Shown in pieces: positions 1-12,611 of a DNA stretch of 64,000 bases; the first letter of the stretch is position 1, and each line of letters begins with the position of its first letter. The DNA comes from Oscillatoria sp. PCC 10802. Its GTDB lineage: Bacteria > Cyanobacteriota > Cyanobacteriia > Cyanobacteriales > Oscillatoriaceae. The DNA is taken from assembly GCF_000332335.1 (NCBI RefSeq), contig NZ_KB235948.1, positions 4,286,977-4,350,976 of the forward strand, given 5' to 3'. The position numbers and the translations under genes were made by a program. A model generated the notes under the pieces. It was not told where the DNA came from and did not search any database. It saw only the letters and a program-made list of their open reading frames with translations.

Positions 1-152
1 GAGCCAGGGGATTGTACTCTGGGGGCGGCATAAAGGTGCGCCCCTGCCGGTGGCTGGCGTAGGCCACCCACTCGCCGCGCAGGGGGTGCCAGCGCAGGTG
101 GGGGTTTGCCGGCACCGGCTCGCTGCTGGGGCTGGGAGCTTGCAGTCCGCTG

Positions 153-2108
<1,956 letters not shown>

Positions 2109-2301
2109 ACTATCTACCTTAGCTGATATATAAAGGCTACCTTTTTTTGTCTTTGCTTAACGGAATCAAACCGGAAAATTGATTTTTCTTCACTTTCTAT
2201 TAGCGACCGCGAGTGTCTCAGCTATTCACGGGGAATTCCCCTGAGTTGAATAGCTTGCCTGCTTCCCCGTTATAGCGGTTTTCATCCGAGGTGAGGTACT
2301 G

Positions 2302-2334
2302 AGAAACCCGGTTTCTTAAAGAAACCGGGTTTCT
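2302..2334 (-). terminator. Palindromic hairpin AGAAACCCGGTTTCTT-AA-GAAACCGGGTTTCT, probable intrinsic terminator
   Basis: Perfect inverted repeat immediately downstream of the minus-strand cupin-like gene. It belongs to a dispersed hairpin family seen about 12 times in the window. Confidence 0.45.
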
Positions 2335-2371
2335 GGCATGTGTTTCATCCAACTGAAAACCGTTATATCCG

Positions 2372-2755
2372 CTATCTCCCCTCTCCAATCCCCTGCCGGC
2401 AAGAATCCCCCGGCTTCGATGGCCACCTGACCGTCAGGACGGTAGAGTCCAGCTCGGCAGCCCACGAATGGGGCACTCCGGGACACCAAAGAGCGTAATC
2501 CCCCGGGCGAGACAGCAGCACTTCTCCTTCGGGGAAGTGAATGCGAAATCGCCCTTCTATGAGGATAGAAAGTGTGGTCGCTTCCAAGTTGGTCGCCCAC
2601 TCCGATCTGCTCTCTCCAGCTTGATGAGCGCCCCATTTCACTTCCACAGCGGAGGTTGAGCGGGGGTCCCCGGTCGGGGATATAAAGTGACCGATGAACC
2701 AACCTCTCGCACCCTGAGCTTCTAGCGCGTTGGCAAAAACTACTTTAGACTCCAT
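2372..2755 (-). CDS. Cupin-fold small protein (hypothetical)
   Basis: 127 aa with two cupin-like motifs (GAHQAGESRSEW..E and GDYALWCPGVPHSW). The sibling ORF 2316..2702 in another frame is rejected. Confidence 0.45.
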   Translation of the reverse strand: MESKVVFANALEAQGARGWFIGHFISPTGDPRSTSAVEVKWGAHQAGESRSEWATNLEATTLSILIEGRFRIHFPEGEVLLSRPGDYALWCPGVPHSWAAELDSTVLTVRWPSKPGDSCRQGIGEGR

Positions 2756-2901
2756 TTGTTATTTCTGATAAACTCTCGTTACTTTCAGCAGTGCGGTATG
2801 CAAAACGCCCGCAAAAATGCGGGCTTACAAATATATTTGAGCGCAGGGAGAAAAGCAAAAACCGCCGCAATAAAAGCTCAATAAAATGCTTGCATTCAGA
2901 T

Positions 2902-3066
2902 TATAGCAGTATGCACTTAGGTTAGAAGATTAGACCTTCAGGGGGGGCGTCCCGCCTGCCCTACGTCTATATAGCAGTAAGCATTGAGGAAACCTACATT
3001 CCGGCCTACCTTGCTCCAGAGCTCCCGAAGCTTCTATTTTTCTAACCAATATGACTGTTGCTATAA
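2902..3066. repeat. MITE-like dispersed repeat, family A, complete ~165 bp copy
   Basis: Ends are TATAGCAGTATGCACTTAGGTTAGAA ... TTCTAACCAATATGACTGTTGCTATA. Internal perfect hairpin GTAGGGCAGGCGGGACGCCCCCCC. Near-identical copy at 29724..29886. Confidence 0.8.
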
Positions 3067-3280
3067 GCCTAAATTTCGTTGAGCCAGCCCAAAAGTTTGT
3101 TGTGAGATTACTTGACCGGTGATCCCCAGAGCCGGTCGAGCAATCTCCGAAGCCGGCTGTCTTTTGGAACGATGGCGATACCCCCTCCAGCGGAGCCACT
3201 TCAAAGCGCGGTCTTTACAGACTTGCGATCTAGCAATGGCAAGGGGTTCGGTTAACTCCTCAAATTAACAGCCGGTCCGC

Positions 3281-3490
3281 TCAGTGACTGAGAATGGGGG
3301 TTAATTGCTGCAGTTTGTTTCCCAGCCAATTATAGCCCTTCGCTACGCACTTTGGACAGAGTTCCCCGTAGCTGTCACCCCGCTCGTTGCAGACAATCAC
3401 TCTCGCTTTCCTCATCTGAAACTGCTCCTGGCAGAGCAAGCATGTTTCTTGATTGAAGCTGCCGTCGCACTCAATCTGGAATTGCATCAT
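3281..3490 (-). CDS. Small zinc-ribbon-like protein (two CxxC pairs), hypothetical
   Basis: 69 aa with CLLC..CPKC spacing typical of a zinc ribbon. No homolog recognisable by eye. Confidence 0.35.
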   Translation of the reverse strand: MMQFQIECDGSFNQETCLLCQEQFQMRKARVIVCNERGDSYGELCPKCVAKGYNWLGNKLQQLTPILSH

Positions 3491-4446
3491 ATATTCTTCT
3501 CCTTATTCCAAATGGTGATTCTACAGATTTCAGTACAGTGCCTGAAGTTACGCTAAAAAGCCTGATTTTACCCAAGTGGGGGCTAGCACACAAACGAGAA
3601 GAAGGGAGCTTGTTGAACTCAGGTTCTATAAACTTTTCCGGACTGCCGGTAAAACGCAGCCCCGATGTTTACAGCCAGGAGCAACTTTCCATTTCCGCCT
3701 CAGCAGAATGGATGGGCAGTTCTATCCCTTTCAGTTCCATCCTTGACCGCAAGCGAGAAAGAACTGCGGGTTTATAAAGCACGTCTCCTGTCGCATAGAT
3801 GAGATTTCGGAAGGGTTTTGAGCAATTTGGTATCCTTCAGGAAGGAGCTCTGCCTTTGCCGGTCACAGGAAGTGTTGGAAGTGAGCGGGGTGCGAGCGCC
3901 GGTGCGGATCTAGCGCAATCCAAAGCGCCTTAATTAGTTTAAGTCAGCCGTTCGCAATCCAAGTAGCCAATCATTTCAATTTCCTATCTTTTACAGGCTA
4001 GTTTATCACTGGTTTTTTCTATATCCTTCTACCTTGGGGCATGATTCTGTGTGAAATAAGTTTGTGATATTTAATACAAAGATACCCGAAAAGCCGTCGG
4101 TTGCGGTGATGGAGTGCCGGTGGGGTAAGCTATTTATACCTTTACTCTTCCTGAAGGCGTAAACCCCGAGGTTGTTGTCTCCTACCATTGGTCTGTGCGG
4201 TGTTATCTCTGTTACAGAGCTAACAAAAATCCCTGGCCGGCAGGTGGAGACAAATCGCAGCACCTTCCTCTCCGCCGGTTTCCAATACCTGATTTGAGCA
4301 CTGCCGCACCGGCCTTGTTTCTAGTGCGGTGCGCAGCGCTGCCGGTGCGAACGGACTCTGCTTGCATATCAGCCGGCGGGCAAGCAATTTTAACAGCTGT
4401 TCCAGAGGCGAGCTGGAGAATTCTTAGCTGAGGTCAATGGCCCGCA

Positions 4447-4478
4447 ACTAATTTCTCACCCCCTCACCCCCTCACCCC
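4447..4478. repeat. Heptanucleotide tandem repeat CCCCTCA x4 (STRR-like)
   Basis: ctcaccccctcaccccctcaccccctcagg. A shorter copy at 15510..15526. Reminiscent of cyanobacterial STRR heptamers. Confidence 0.5.
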
Positions 4479-4581
4479 CTCAGGATTTATAGTCATTAAT
4501 CAAACGCAGATGATAAAAGTGGGACAGTGAGTGGACCCCACACACCCACTCAGCCCAGTGTCCCGCCACTCGGCGAACTCT

Positions 4582-5946
4582 TCAGTTATAGGAACTCAGA
4601 GCTGCCTTTCGACTTTCAAACAGTTGCAGCACTCCTGAGACGATCGTCTCCACCACACGCTCGTCGCACTCAGAGAGAAATTCTTCCGACGAAATCGTTC
4701 CCGCAAAAAAGTCCTTGGCCGGCTTCAGGAGATTCCTCACCGAGTTAAACCCGATAGATTTGATGATAAAAGTAGTCGTAGGTGAATTTTTTATATCATA
4801 AGTGGATTCCCGGATTCGCCCCTTTGACAGCAACTCTAGCACTTCGCTTTCCAAGCCATTTGCTAGCTGGTGTCCGTTGGCTATATCGGGCAGGAGGCGT
4901 TCCAGAGCTGCGACCTTCCCGCCGGAACCCGGAAGCTCTCCCATCATGGCTGACAGGGGGATATCCCGTCCCATGCGATAGGAAAGCGCCTCCAGTATGG
5001 CGATCGCGACCAGCTTGCTCCCCAAATACAGCTTCGCCACTTCAATGTTCTTTCGCGTTCGCGCCACCAGGGCTTGGTAAGTCTCATCATCCGGCTCCTC
5101 CATGAACTGCTGGAACACCAACTCAGGTTTCAGGAAGTTCATAAACCCTTCCATCTTTTGCAGCGACCTGCGGAAGTCACGAACCGTGTAAGAATTGGTA
5201 TTTAACAGCTCGTGGTTGGTTTCGGGCAGCAGATTCCAGGTATTGTCCAAAAAATCCGCCGAAACGGAGCAGGCAAAATTTTCAACGTCCCGGTTCGCCA
5301 ATCGCACTGAGCGCTTCACCGCCGCAACGATTTGGGCATCTGTCCAGCCAAACTCGAACTGCCGGTTCGCTGAGGTCAAGCGGTGGTACAGCGCGTCGCA
5401 AGCAGTCAAACCGGACGGTAGCGGGGGGCGGAAGGGAATCGTGGCTTCGATACAGGCGGCGATCTGAGCGATGATATCAGGTTTGAGAAAGGGCTCTAGG
5501 GACTTGCCAGCAATCACAGCGCTGAGAAATTCGTTTTGCCCTGCGAATGGAGAGAGGTTCTGGCCGGCAGCAAACCCGAAGACCGCCGCCACAATCTCGA
5601 ACATGCGGTCTTTTGGCAGTTCCGCAGCCTCTCGAATTACCAGCTGTCCGCGCACCTCCCTGACAAAAGGAGCGATGAAACTGCCGATGTTGAGACTCAC
5701 TCCCTGATCGACTTGCACGTACACAAGGTCGTGAAACAAAGCTGCCAAGACTTCTATGGCATCTTTTGACCCGCCGACCTCAAAAATGTGATCCGGAGTG
5801 TGAAAATAGCGCCACGGGCCAGTCATTGTTTGAATAATCAGCTCAGCCGTCGTCTCCAGTTGCGCCGGCTCGACTTGACCCTGTAGCTGCTTGATGGCCC
5901 ACACCAAACTTTCCAAGCACCGTTGGCGATCGGCTTCCAAATCCAC
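4582..5946 (-). CDS. Hypothetical protein with possible HD-type motif
   Basis: 454 aa with protein-like composition. N-terminal H..(n)..HD pattern (FHTPDHIFEV...AALFHDLVY) suggests an HD phosphohydrolase-like fold. Not firmly identified. Confidence 0.55.
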   Translation of the reverse strand: MDLEADRQRCLESLVWAIKQLQGQVEPAQLETTAELIIQTMTGPWRYFHTPDHIFEVGGSKDAIEVLAALFHDLVYVQVDQGVSLNIGSFIAPFVREVRGQLVIREAAELPKDRMFEIVAAVFGFAAGQNLSPFAGQNEFLSAVIAGKSLEPFLKPDIIAQIAACIEATIPFRPPLPSGLTACDALYHRLTSANRQFEFGWTDAQIVAAVKRSVRLANRDVENFACSVSADFLDNTWNLLPETNHELLNTNSYTVRDFRRSLQKMEGFMNFLKPELVFQQFMEEPDDETYQALVARTRKNIEVAKLYLGSKLVAIAILEALSYRMGRDIPLSAMMGELPGSGGKVAALERLLPDIANGHQLANGLESEVLELLSKGRIRESTYDIKNSPTTTFIIKSIGFNSVRNLLKPAKDFFAGTISSEEFLSECDERVVETIVSGVLQLFESRKAALSSYN

Positions 5947-6367
5947 CGCAAGACCTCCCTTATTCCCTGATTCTTCCTTCTGTTTTGTAGCATAGTATCA
6001 AAGGAATGTCTAAAAATGCCAGATGTGGCTGCCCCGCGCACCCTCTTTTCCGGCTCCAGTCCGACCCTTGGCCGGCACTGCCATGTCCCCACACCCCCTC
6101 GCTCGAAAGCGCGCACTCCTCAAACAGAAGCCATAACTGCAGCGAACGCTTGCGGCTCTCCCCTGCTGTGGCTTTTTGCCGGCCCCACTGACGGAACTGC
6201 TTTCGGTTAATTCCTCCTAATTAATTTCTCCCCACGCTCCCGCACTCCCCCACTTCAGAGCGCACCCTAATTAGAAGGATTCAACCGAAATAGATATCAG
6301 CCGCCCCCTGCCGGCAGTGCCGGTGCGAACTCAAATATTGTGTTACCTGCAATACAAAAGCTCGCAT

Positions 6368-6520
6368 TATAGCATTAGGTTCGTACATTTCCGCCTCTTT
6401 TGCACCCCCGCACTCCGGCTTCTATTGTCCTAACCCATATTACTGCTGGGATATAGACGTAGGGCAGGCGTCCGCCGGGCCGGAAGGTCTAATGTCCTAA
6501 TCTAAGTGGCTACTGCTATA
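6368..6520. repeat. MITE-like dispersed repeat, family A variant (inverted relative to copy at 9943)
   Basis: TATAGCATTAGGTTCGTACATTTCCGCC...GGTCTAATGTCCTAATCTAAGTGGCTACTGCTATA. This is the reverse complement of the 9943..10102 copy. A partial third end lies at 6586..6622. Confidence 0.75.
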
Positions 6521-6848
6521 CGGCGTCGCGCTGGCGCGCCCGCACGGAACGGACGGGCCTCAATATTTCTGGGACAGCAGAGACTGTTGTCCTACGTCCT
6601 AACCTAAGTGCCTACTGCTATAATATCTGCTGCCTGCCTGACGAACGGTTAAATTCTCTGTCACTAGACAGAGGAAACATTAGCAATTTTTTGCTATAAT
6701 CCCACACTTTTAAAATCGGAGGGATAGTGTTGGGTTGTTCGCCTTGGCAAAAGCCTTTTAGCTGGTCGATCTCACTCCTGATTAGAGAGAGCAGCTCGGC
6801 TCCGGGGACAGTCCAATTGTTAATGTTTTATAGCATAACCGGCTCCCT

Positions 6849-8366
6849 TTACTGCACCCAGTGTTTTGCTCTCTCAACCGCTTGACGCCACACGGCGAAA
6901 TTCGCCTGCGCCAGGGAAGCGCCGTCTCCTGGCTGGAAAATCCGGTCAATCTGGCGGCGGGCGATTAGGGCGGAATAGTCTGGCCAAAAACCCGCCGCTA
7001 AGCCCGCTGCAAAGGCGGCTCCCTGTGCGGAGGCCTCTTTAACGACTGGACGCTCAACCGGCACTCCCAAAACATCCGCCTGAAACTGCATCAAAAAATC
7101 ATTGGGGCAGGCTCCTCCGTCCACCTTCAGCAGGGCGATATCGGTGCCGGTATCGCGGTTAATCGCCTCTACGACTTCCTTGACCTGGTATGCGATCGCC
7201 TCCAGCACGGCGCGCACCATGTGTTCTCGGCGCACGGAGCCGGTGATGCCGAAAAACGCCCCCCGCGCACTCATGTCCCAGTGGGGCGCACCCAAACCGC
7301 TCAAGGCGGGGACAAAGTAAACGCCGGCGGTGTCAGCCACCCGCTGCGCCATCTGTTCGGTATCCGCCGCCGCCTCAATCAGCTGGATGCCATCCCGCAA
7401 CCACTGCACGCAGGCTCCAGTGGTGAAAATGCTGCCTTCTATAGCATAGCCGGCTCGCACCGCACCGCTCTCAGCCGCCTGTGTCCAGGCAATGGTGGAG
7501 AGGAGCAGGTGGCGAGAGCGCTGCAAGGTATCGCCGGTGTGGGCGACCAGAAAGCAGCCAGTTCCGTATGTACACTTCAGCAAGCCGGGGCGGTCGCAGC
7601 CGTGAGCGAACAGGGAAGCCTGCTGATCTCCCAGGATAGCAGTCACCGGCACCGGCACGCCCAGCAATTCTGGCTCAGTGCTGCCAAAGAACCCCAAACT
7701 CGGCTGAATAGAAGGCATCATAAAAGCGGGAATCCCAAAAAGCTCCAAGAGTGACGCATCCCACTCCCGGGAAGCCAGATTCATCAGCATCGTGCGGCTG
7801 GCGTTGCTGCAATCGGTGGCGTGCACAGCCCCGCCGGTCAGCTTCCAGAGAATCCAGGTGTCAATGGTGCCGGCTAGGACATTATCCAGATTCGCCGGGG
7901 ACTCTTGCTTCTGGAGATACTCCTGCAACCAAGCGAGTTTCGTGGCAGAAAAATAGGCGTCCAGCACCAAGCCGGTGCGCTCGGCGATGTCTGGGGCGCA
8001 ACCGCGCTCGGTTAATTGATGGCACAGGGGAGCGGTGCGCCGGTCTTGCCAGACGATAGCATTGTGCAGGGGCCGCCCTGTGGTTTTGTCCCACAGCAGG
8101 CAGGTTTCTCGCTGCACCGAGAGCCCAATCGCCGCCACCTCCGCTGCAGCTACCCCCGCTTTCTGCAAAGCAGTCCGCATCGCCCAACAGGTATCCCGCC
8201 AAATTTCTTCAGGATCGTGCTCTAGCCACCCCGGCTGGGGGTAATATTGAGTCAGCTCTCTGTAAGCAGAGCTGACTGCCCTCCCCTCCGCATTGAACAG
8301 CATCGCCCGGTTGCCGGTGGTGCCGAGGTCTAGAGCCAGAATGTAGCCTTGAGTAAATTGACTCAT
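6849..8366 (-). CDS. glpK: Glycerol kinase
   Basis: 505 aa. N-terminal YILALDLGTTGNRAMLF..PQPGWLEHDPEEIW and the FGGY-family motifs throughout. Confidence 0.9.
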   Translation of the reverse strand: MSQFTQGYILALDLGTTGNRAMLFNAEGRAVSSAYRELTQYYPQPGWLEHDPEEIWRDTCWAMRTALQKAGVAAAEVAAIGLSVQRETCLLWDKTTGRPLHNAIVWQDRRTAPLCHQLTERGCAPDIAERTGLVLDAYFSATKLAWLQEYLQKQESPANLDNVLAGTIDTWILWKLTGGAVHATDCSNASRTMLMNLASREWDASLLELFGIPAFMMPSIQPSLGFFGSTEPELLGVPVPVTAILGDQQASLFAHGCDRPGLLKCTYGTGCFLVAHTGDTLQRSRHLLLSTIAWTQAAESGAVRAGYAIEGSIFTTGACVQWLRDGIQLIEAAADTEQMAQRVADTAGVYFVPALSGLGAPHWDMSARGAFFGITGSVRREHMVRAVLEAIAYQVKEVVEAINRDTGTDIALLKVDGGACPNDFLMQFQADVLGVPVERPVVKEASAQGAAFAAGLAAGFWPDYSALIARRQIDRIFQPGDGASLAQANFAVWRQAVERAKHWVQ

Positions 8367-8609
8367 CGTCAGCTGGCGTCAGTTATTAGTTGCTCTACCA
8401 TTGTGCCGGTGGCAGTGTGCTTTTACTCTCGGAAGGAGAAGAAGGGTGTCTGGGAACGAGAAAAAGCAACCGCCGCCAATAAAAATTATCCGCGAGCGCA
8501 GTTTCACCGGCTGCGCTCGCGGTTGTGCTCTCGTCTCAGGCAAAGACGCACGCTGATTGCGTCTCTACCGGCTTTTTTAGCAGGAATGCACCCAAACCCA
8601 CCGAATCGC

Positions 8610-9176
8610 TCACGATGTCGGAGCCGGTTCAGAGGCGGGAGTGGCTTCAGTCTGGCTCACGTCAGGAGCGTGTTGCTTGACACCTTCGCTCTCAGCTTCT
8701 AGAGTAGGCGTTGCTTCTCCCCCAGGGATTGCGCCAGAACTCTCACCCAAATTGATCCTCACCACTCGGCGCTGCGCTTCTTGCACCTTAGGCAGAGTCA
8801 GCGTCAAGATGCCATTCTTGTAATCGGCTCCCACCCGATCGTTCTGAACCGGCACAGGCAGGGGAATGGCCCGCTCAAATTTCCCGTAACGGAATTCCGA
8901 CCGGAAATAACCCTTTTCTTCCACCTTGTTTTCGTAGCGGTGTTCGCCGGCAATATAAACGGCGTCCCGAGTGACTCGGATATCCAAATCCTTTGGTTCC
9001 ATCCCAGGGATTTGCGCCCGCAGTAAGAGGTGGTCATCCGTATCTTGGAGTTCAACAGCAGGGGCCCAAGTCATCTCGTACTCGCGCCTGCCGCCTGACA
9101 GTTCCTCAAACAGTTCGTCAAACTGACGGCGTAACGTTTCGATTTCCCTGAAAGGTTGCCAACGTATTAATGCCAT
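8610..9176 (-). CDS. Hsp20/alpha-crystallin small heat-shock protein with Pro/Glu/Ala-rich C-terminal tail
   Basis: 188 aa. The alpha-crystallin domain spans APAVELQDTDDHLLLRAQIPGMEPKDLDIRVTRDAVYIAGEH...GKFERAIPLPVPVQNDRVGADYKNGILTLTLPK. Confidence 0.85.
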   Translation of the reverse strand: MALIRWQPFREIETLRRQFDELFEELSGGRREYEMTWAPAVELQDTDDHLLLRAQIPGMEPKDLDIRVTRDAVYIAGEHRYENKVEEKGYFRSEFRYGKFERAIPLPVPVQNDRVGADYKNGILTLTLPKVQEAQRRVVRINLGESSGAIPGGEATPTLEAESEGVKQHAPDVSQTEATPASEPAPTS

Positions 9177-9942
9177 ACGTTCAGTTCCCTCCGTTCCAGT
9201 TTACAGCTTTTCGGTTTTTGGTTTTTGGGTTTGATAGCTGCCAGTCAAATCGCTGCATATTTTGCTTGTCCGACCGGCATCAAGCGACCAACTGACCCGA
9301 CGCAAGAAAACCCGTTCAGCTGTCATATGAGCTGCGGATAACTCACGCCAATCGCCTCTCTCAAATGAGCCTTACTGGTTACTTCGATCTCAATTTCATT
9401 ATGTCTCGCCGCACAGTGTAGTCAGTGGGGAAAACCCTACTCTGTCAGTGGTATTGCCCGCACCTTTTGTGAGAGACACTGCTGCCGGCAGCTTGATGCC
9501 AATCCCTGGCTATTGTTGGGTTCGGCTAAACGGAAAGTGTTGCTGGAGTCTCACTCCGCCGCATCCTTTTCGATAAGCCCGACAGCCCTTAAGTGCGGCG
9601 ATCTGTGCCGCAACGCACCCTGCAGTGCGGGGAATCTTTCTTGGGAGTTTCATCTGTCCAGCTGCCTGTCTGAAAAAATCAAGGAACAGCTTGCCGGCAG
9701 CTAGAAACCCGGTTTTTTGCTCCCGCCGGCAGATTCAGATTTTTTGCGACCTCTTGCTGACTGGCGCTTACCGGCCTTTTCCTGATTCTGCCGGCACCGT
9801 AACCATTCCTGAGAGAAGTTACAGGAAAGAAATCAAGCTGCAGCGCCTTGCCAGCCGAGCCGGTTTGGTCGATGTAGGGCTTGAACTTGATTCAAAGACG
9901 TGCCCTAATATCGAAATAATATAGAGGAACGCTTACTATAAA

Positions 9943-10102
9943 TATAGCAGTATGCACTTAGGTTAAAACATTAGACATTCAGGGCAGCCAGACGCTGGCC
10001 TACGTCTATATCCCAGTAGTAATATGGGTTAGGACAATAGGAGCCGGAGTGCGGGAGTGCAAAAGAAGCCGAAATGTACGAACCTAAGTGGCTACTGCTA
10101 TA
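9943..10102. repeat. MITE-like dispersed repeat, family A
   Basis: TATAGCAGTATGCACTTAGGTTAAAAC...GTACGAACCTAAGTGGCTACTGCTATA. Inverted copy of 6368..6520. Confidence 0.75.
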
Positions 10103-10609
10103 TCCCCTCAAAACAGAGAACTATGATAAGTTGGCCGCCTAGCAATCACAAAGAATTTCTGTAAATTTATATTTTCTCTTTTCTTGGCGATCTTGGCGTC
10201 TACCCAACGGGCAAGCCGCTGGCGCGTCTATGGCGGTTTCTTTAAAAAAATATTTTCCAGACCCCAATTTAAATCGCTCTATAACTGTACCAAACTGGCT
10301 TTTGTTTCCGGCAGCAACCAGGAAAGGCCGTAGGGGCGAACAGGGGCGGTTTCGCGAGAAATCTCTCGGGGAAGCGGAGGAGATTTATCAACCCGTACCT
10401 ACAGCTGCCGGCTGGACTTTCCTGCTAATTTGGGGGTCAAAGGGAGTCAGGAGGCCATGTTATCCCTCGTTCCCAGCCTGAGGTAGGGAACGACTTCCTA
10501 GAGGCTCTGCCTCCTGTGGGCAGACAGGCAGCATTATTAGCCTAACAGCTAAGTTTCGCTGTGGCGGCCCAGCTCTGATGGGGAAAGAGTAATTTATTTT
10601 ATAGCAGCA

Positions 10610-10765
10610 GTCATATGGGTTAAGACAATAGGAGCTTCGGGAGCGGGGAAGCAAGGGAGGCCGGAATGTACCTTCCCTAAATGCCTACTGCTATATAGAC
10701 GTAGGGCAGGCGTCCCGCCCCCCCTGAAGGTCTAATGTTCTAACCTAAGTGCATACTGCTATATA
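10610..10765. repeat. MITE-like dispersed repeat, family A (CATATGGGTTAAGAC-type ends)
   Basis: TATAGCAGCAGTCATATGGGTTAAGACAATAGG ... internal ACGTAGGGCAGGCGTCCCGCC hairpin ... TTCTAACCTAAGTGCATACTGCTATATA. Confidence 0.75.
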
Positions 10766-12152
10766 GCTTATCTGCCATTCAATAATGTTAGTAAATCTAG
10801 CGTTTCTCATATTAGTGAGGGGCATAGAAACCCGATTTCCGGCCCCTAGCTCATCCAACTGAGAACCGCTATATAAAAATTGCCCGGGGGAGAAAGCGGA
10901 ACTTGGAGTGGCGGGCAGTTATGGCGCATAGATTTTGCACTACCCATCTCTATTCTCTCGTTACCAGGCTCTTCCTGGGAAGGCAATCTGGAGGCTCTGC
11001 CTCCTTTCAACGGAAAAGCAGGTTAAAAGCCGAAGAGCTTATTGACCGCCCTGCCGAACGCACCCGGCGGGTGGCGAGCTCTGTGGTGAGATGGGAAAAA
11101 TCCCAGAGGAGTCACAAGAAACCTGGTTTGTGGGGGTGGCTCAAAGGAGTCAGCTGGGTTGTGGGCGCGCAGGGAGCCGGCTGCCGGTTCTGGGGAACTT
11201 GGAGAGGGGTGCGCCTGCAGCCTGAGGCCAGTGGGGGGGAATTGGGCCTGTAGCAAGTGAATTTATGCCAAATCAGTTAGTTGGTGTTGATTGCCGTTTC
11301 TACTGCGAGACGACCGGCGTTGTTGAGATTGGGGAAATTGCTTGACGTTTTGCACGTTTTGCCCATTGCCGCCGGCAGCATCTCATGCGGCGAATGCGGC
11401 GGCAGGCGCTTGTGGCAAGCTGGCTTTTGTCGTATAGAGCGGTTCTCAGTCACAAAAACCGCACGGAAAGAAACTTCACCCGCCAGCCAATGCAGTTGCT
11501 CCCCTCCCCTGGAAGGGGAGAGGTCAATCTGTACTGCATCACACTAAAAATCCCTGTATGCAGCAGTGGCAGTCAGCTGATGCCCGCAATCAGCCCGAGA
11601 AAAAATCACTTCAGACCGGCAATAGCCAGAACAGCCGAGCTTGCAAAAAGCCGGCGCTACGCACCTGTAATCCCGCGTTGATAAAAGAGTTGTTTGCCGC
11701 ACTCTGTGCGAGTGCGGCTGTGCGCGGAAAGCGCCAGAGGCAATACGGGTGGGAGGAAGCATCAGGTGTGCGGTTGAAGAAACCGCCAGTATAGCAGAGA
11801 GAAGAGCGGATTTCGCATCTTTCTTCATGCGAGCTTTTGCCCACAGAATTAGCGCTCCTCTCTGAGCGGAAAGGGTTGATGTTGTTTGATGCCGCCAGAG
11901 GTGCGCCCAACTTTTCGGTCGGCGACACACTCCCGCCATCCTCCATTGAGCCGCCTGAACTTCTAGGGAACCGGGCGGACATCTCCCATTGCGAATTGTC
12001 GCGGTTCCCTGACAGAGAGTTGCAATGGTTTAGAGGGCCCGTCTGAACGTGGGGTGGGGGGAATTTTTTCATCGCGCTTCCTCCCGGTCGCCCCCCATGA
12101 CAGGCCATCCCCTTAACGGGAAAGGAAAGGGAGGGCAAGGCTCGGGCGCTTC

Positions 12153-12611
12153 TCAAGCAACAGCAGCGGTTTCTTCGCCGGATTCCGACTCCTCAGGGGC
12201 AGCGGATTCACCTACGTAGATGAGGTGAATATGTTTGTACCCGAGGCGGATTTCAAACTGATCCCCTGGCTTGAGTCCCATCTCTTTAGTATAATTTGAC
12301 CCAATTACCAGCTGACCATTTTTGTGGACACTGACGCGATAAGTCGCTTCGCGTCCCCGGCCATCTTTGGTTCCCGTTGGATCTAAGGCAATCCCCTTAG
12401 CCGCCAGCACCGCGTCGTAAAAATCGGTGAGATTGACTTTGACATTGCCACTGGAGCTGGTGCTGTAGTATCCGCAGCGCTTTGCTGTTTCCCGGCGGGG
12501 CAGGTGGGAAAGCTCTTTGACTTTTTGCAGGAGCGCCTTTCCGGTAAGGGTTGGGTATTCTTGTTCTGGTGCCATAGGTTCTCCGAAAATTGTTCTTGGA
12601 TCTCGCGACAA
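12153..12611 (-). CDS. AbrB-family transcriptional regulator (cyanobacterial cyAbrB/CalA-like)
   Basis: C-terminal SpoVT/AbrB swapped-hairpin motif VHKNGQLVIGSNYTKEMGLKPGDQFEIRLGYKHIHL. The true start is probably the internal Met at about 12575 (MAPEQEYPT). Confidence 0.7.
   Translation of the reverse strand: MSRDPRTIFGEPMAPEQEYPTLTGKALLQKVKELSHLPRRETAKRCGYYSTSSSGNVKVNLTDFYDAVLAAKGIALDPTGTKDGRGREATYRVSVHKNGQLVIGSNYTKEMGLKPGDQFEIRLGYKHIHLIYVGESAAPEESESGEETAAVA

Noticed and set aside
11611-12156. 181-aa minus-strand ORF downstream of cyAbrB and other 60-150 aa ORFs between 9.2 and 12.1 kb
   Set aside because: Ser/Arg/Gly-rich with no start context. They overlap each other in multiple frames. 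The region is treated as non-coding or possible pseudogene.
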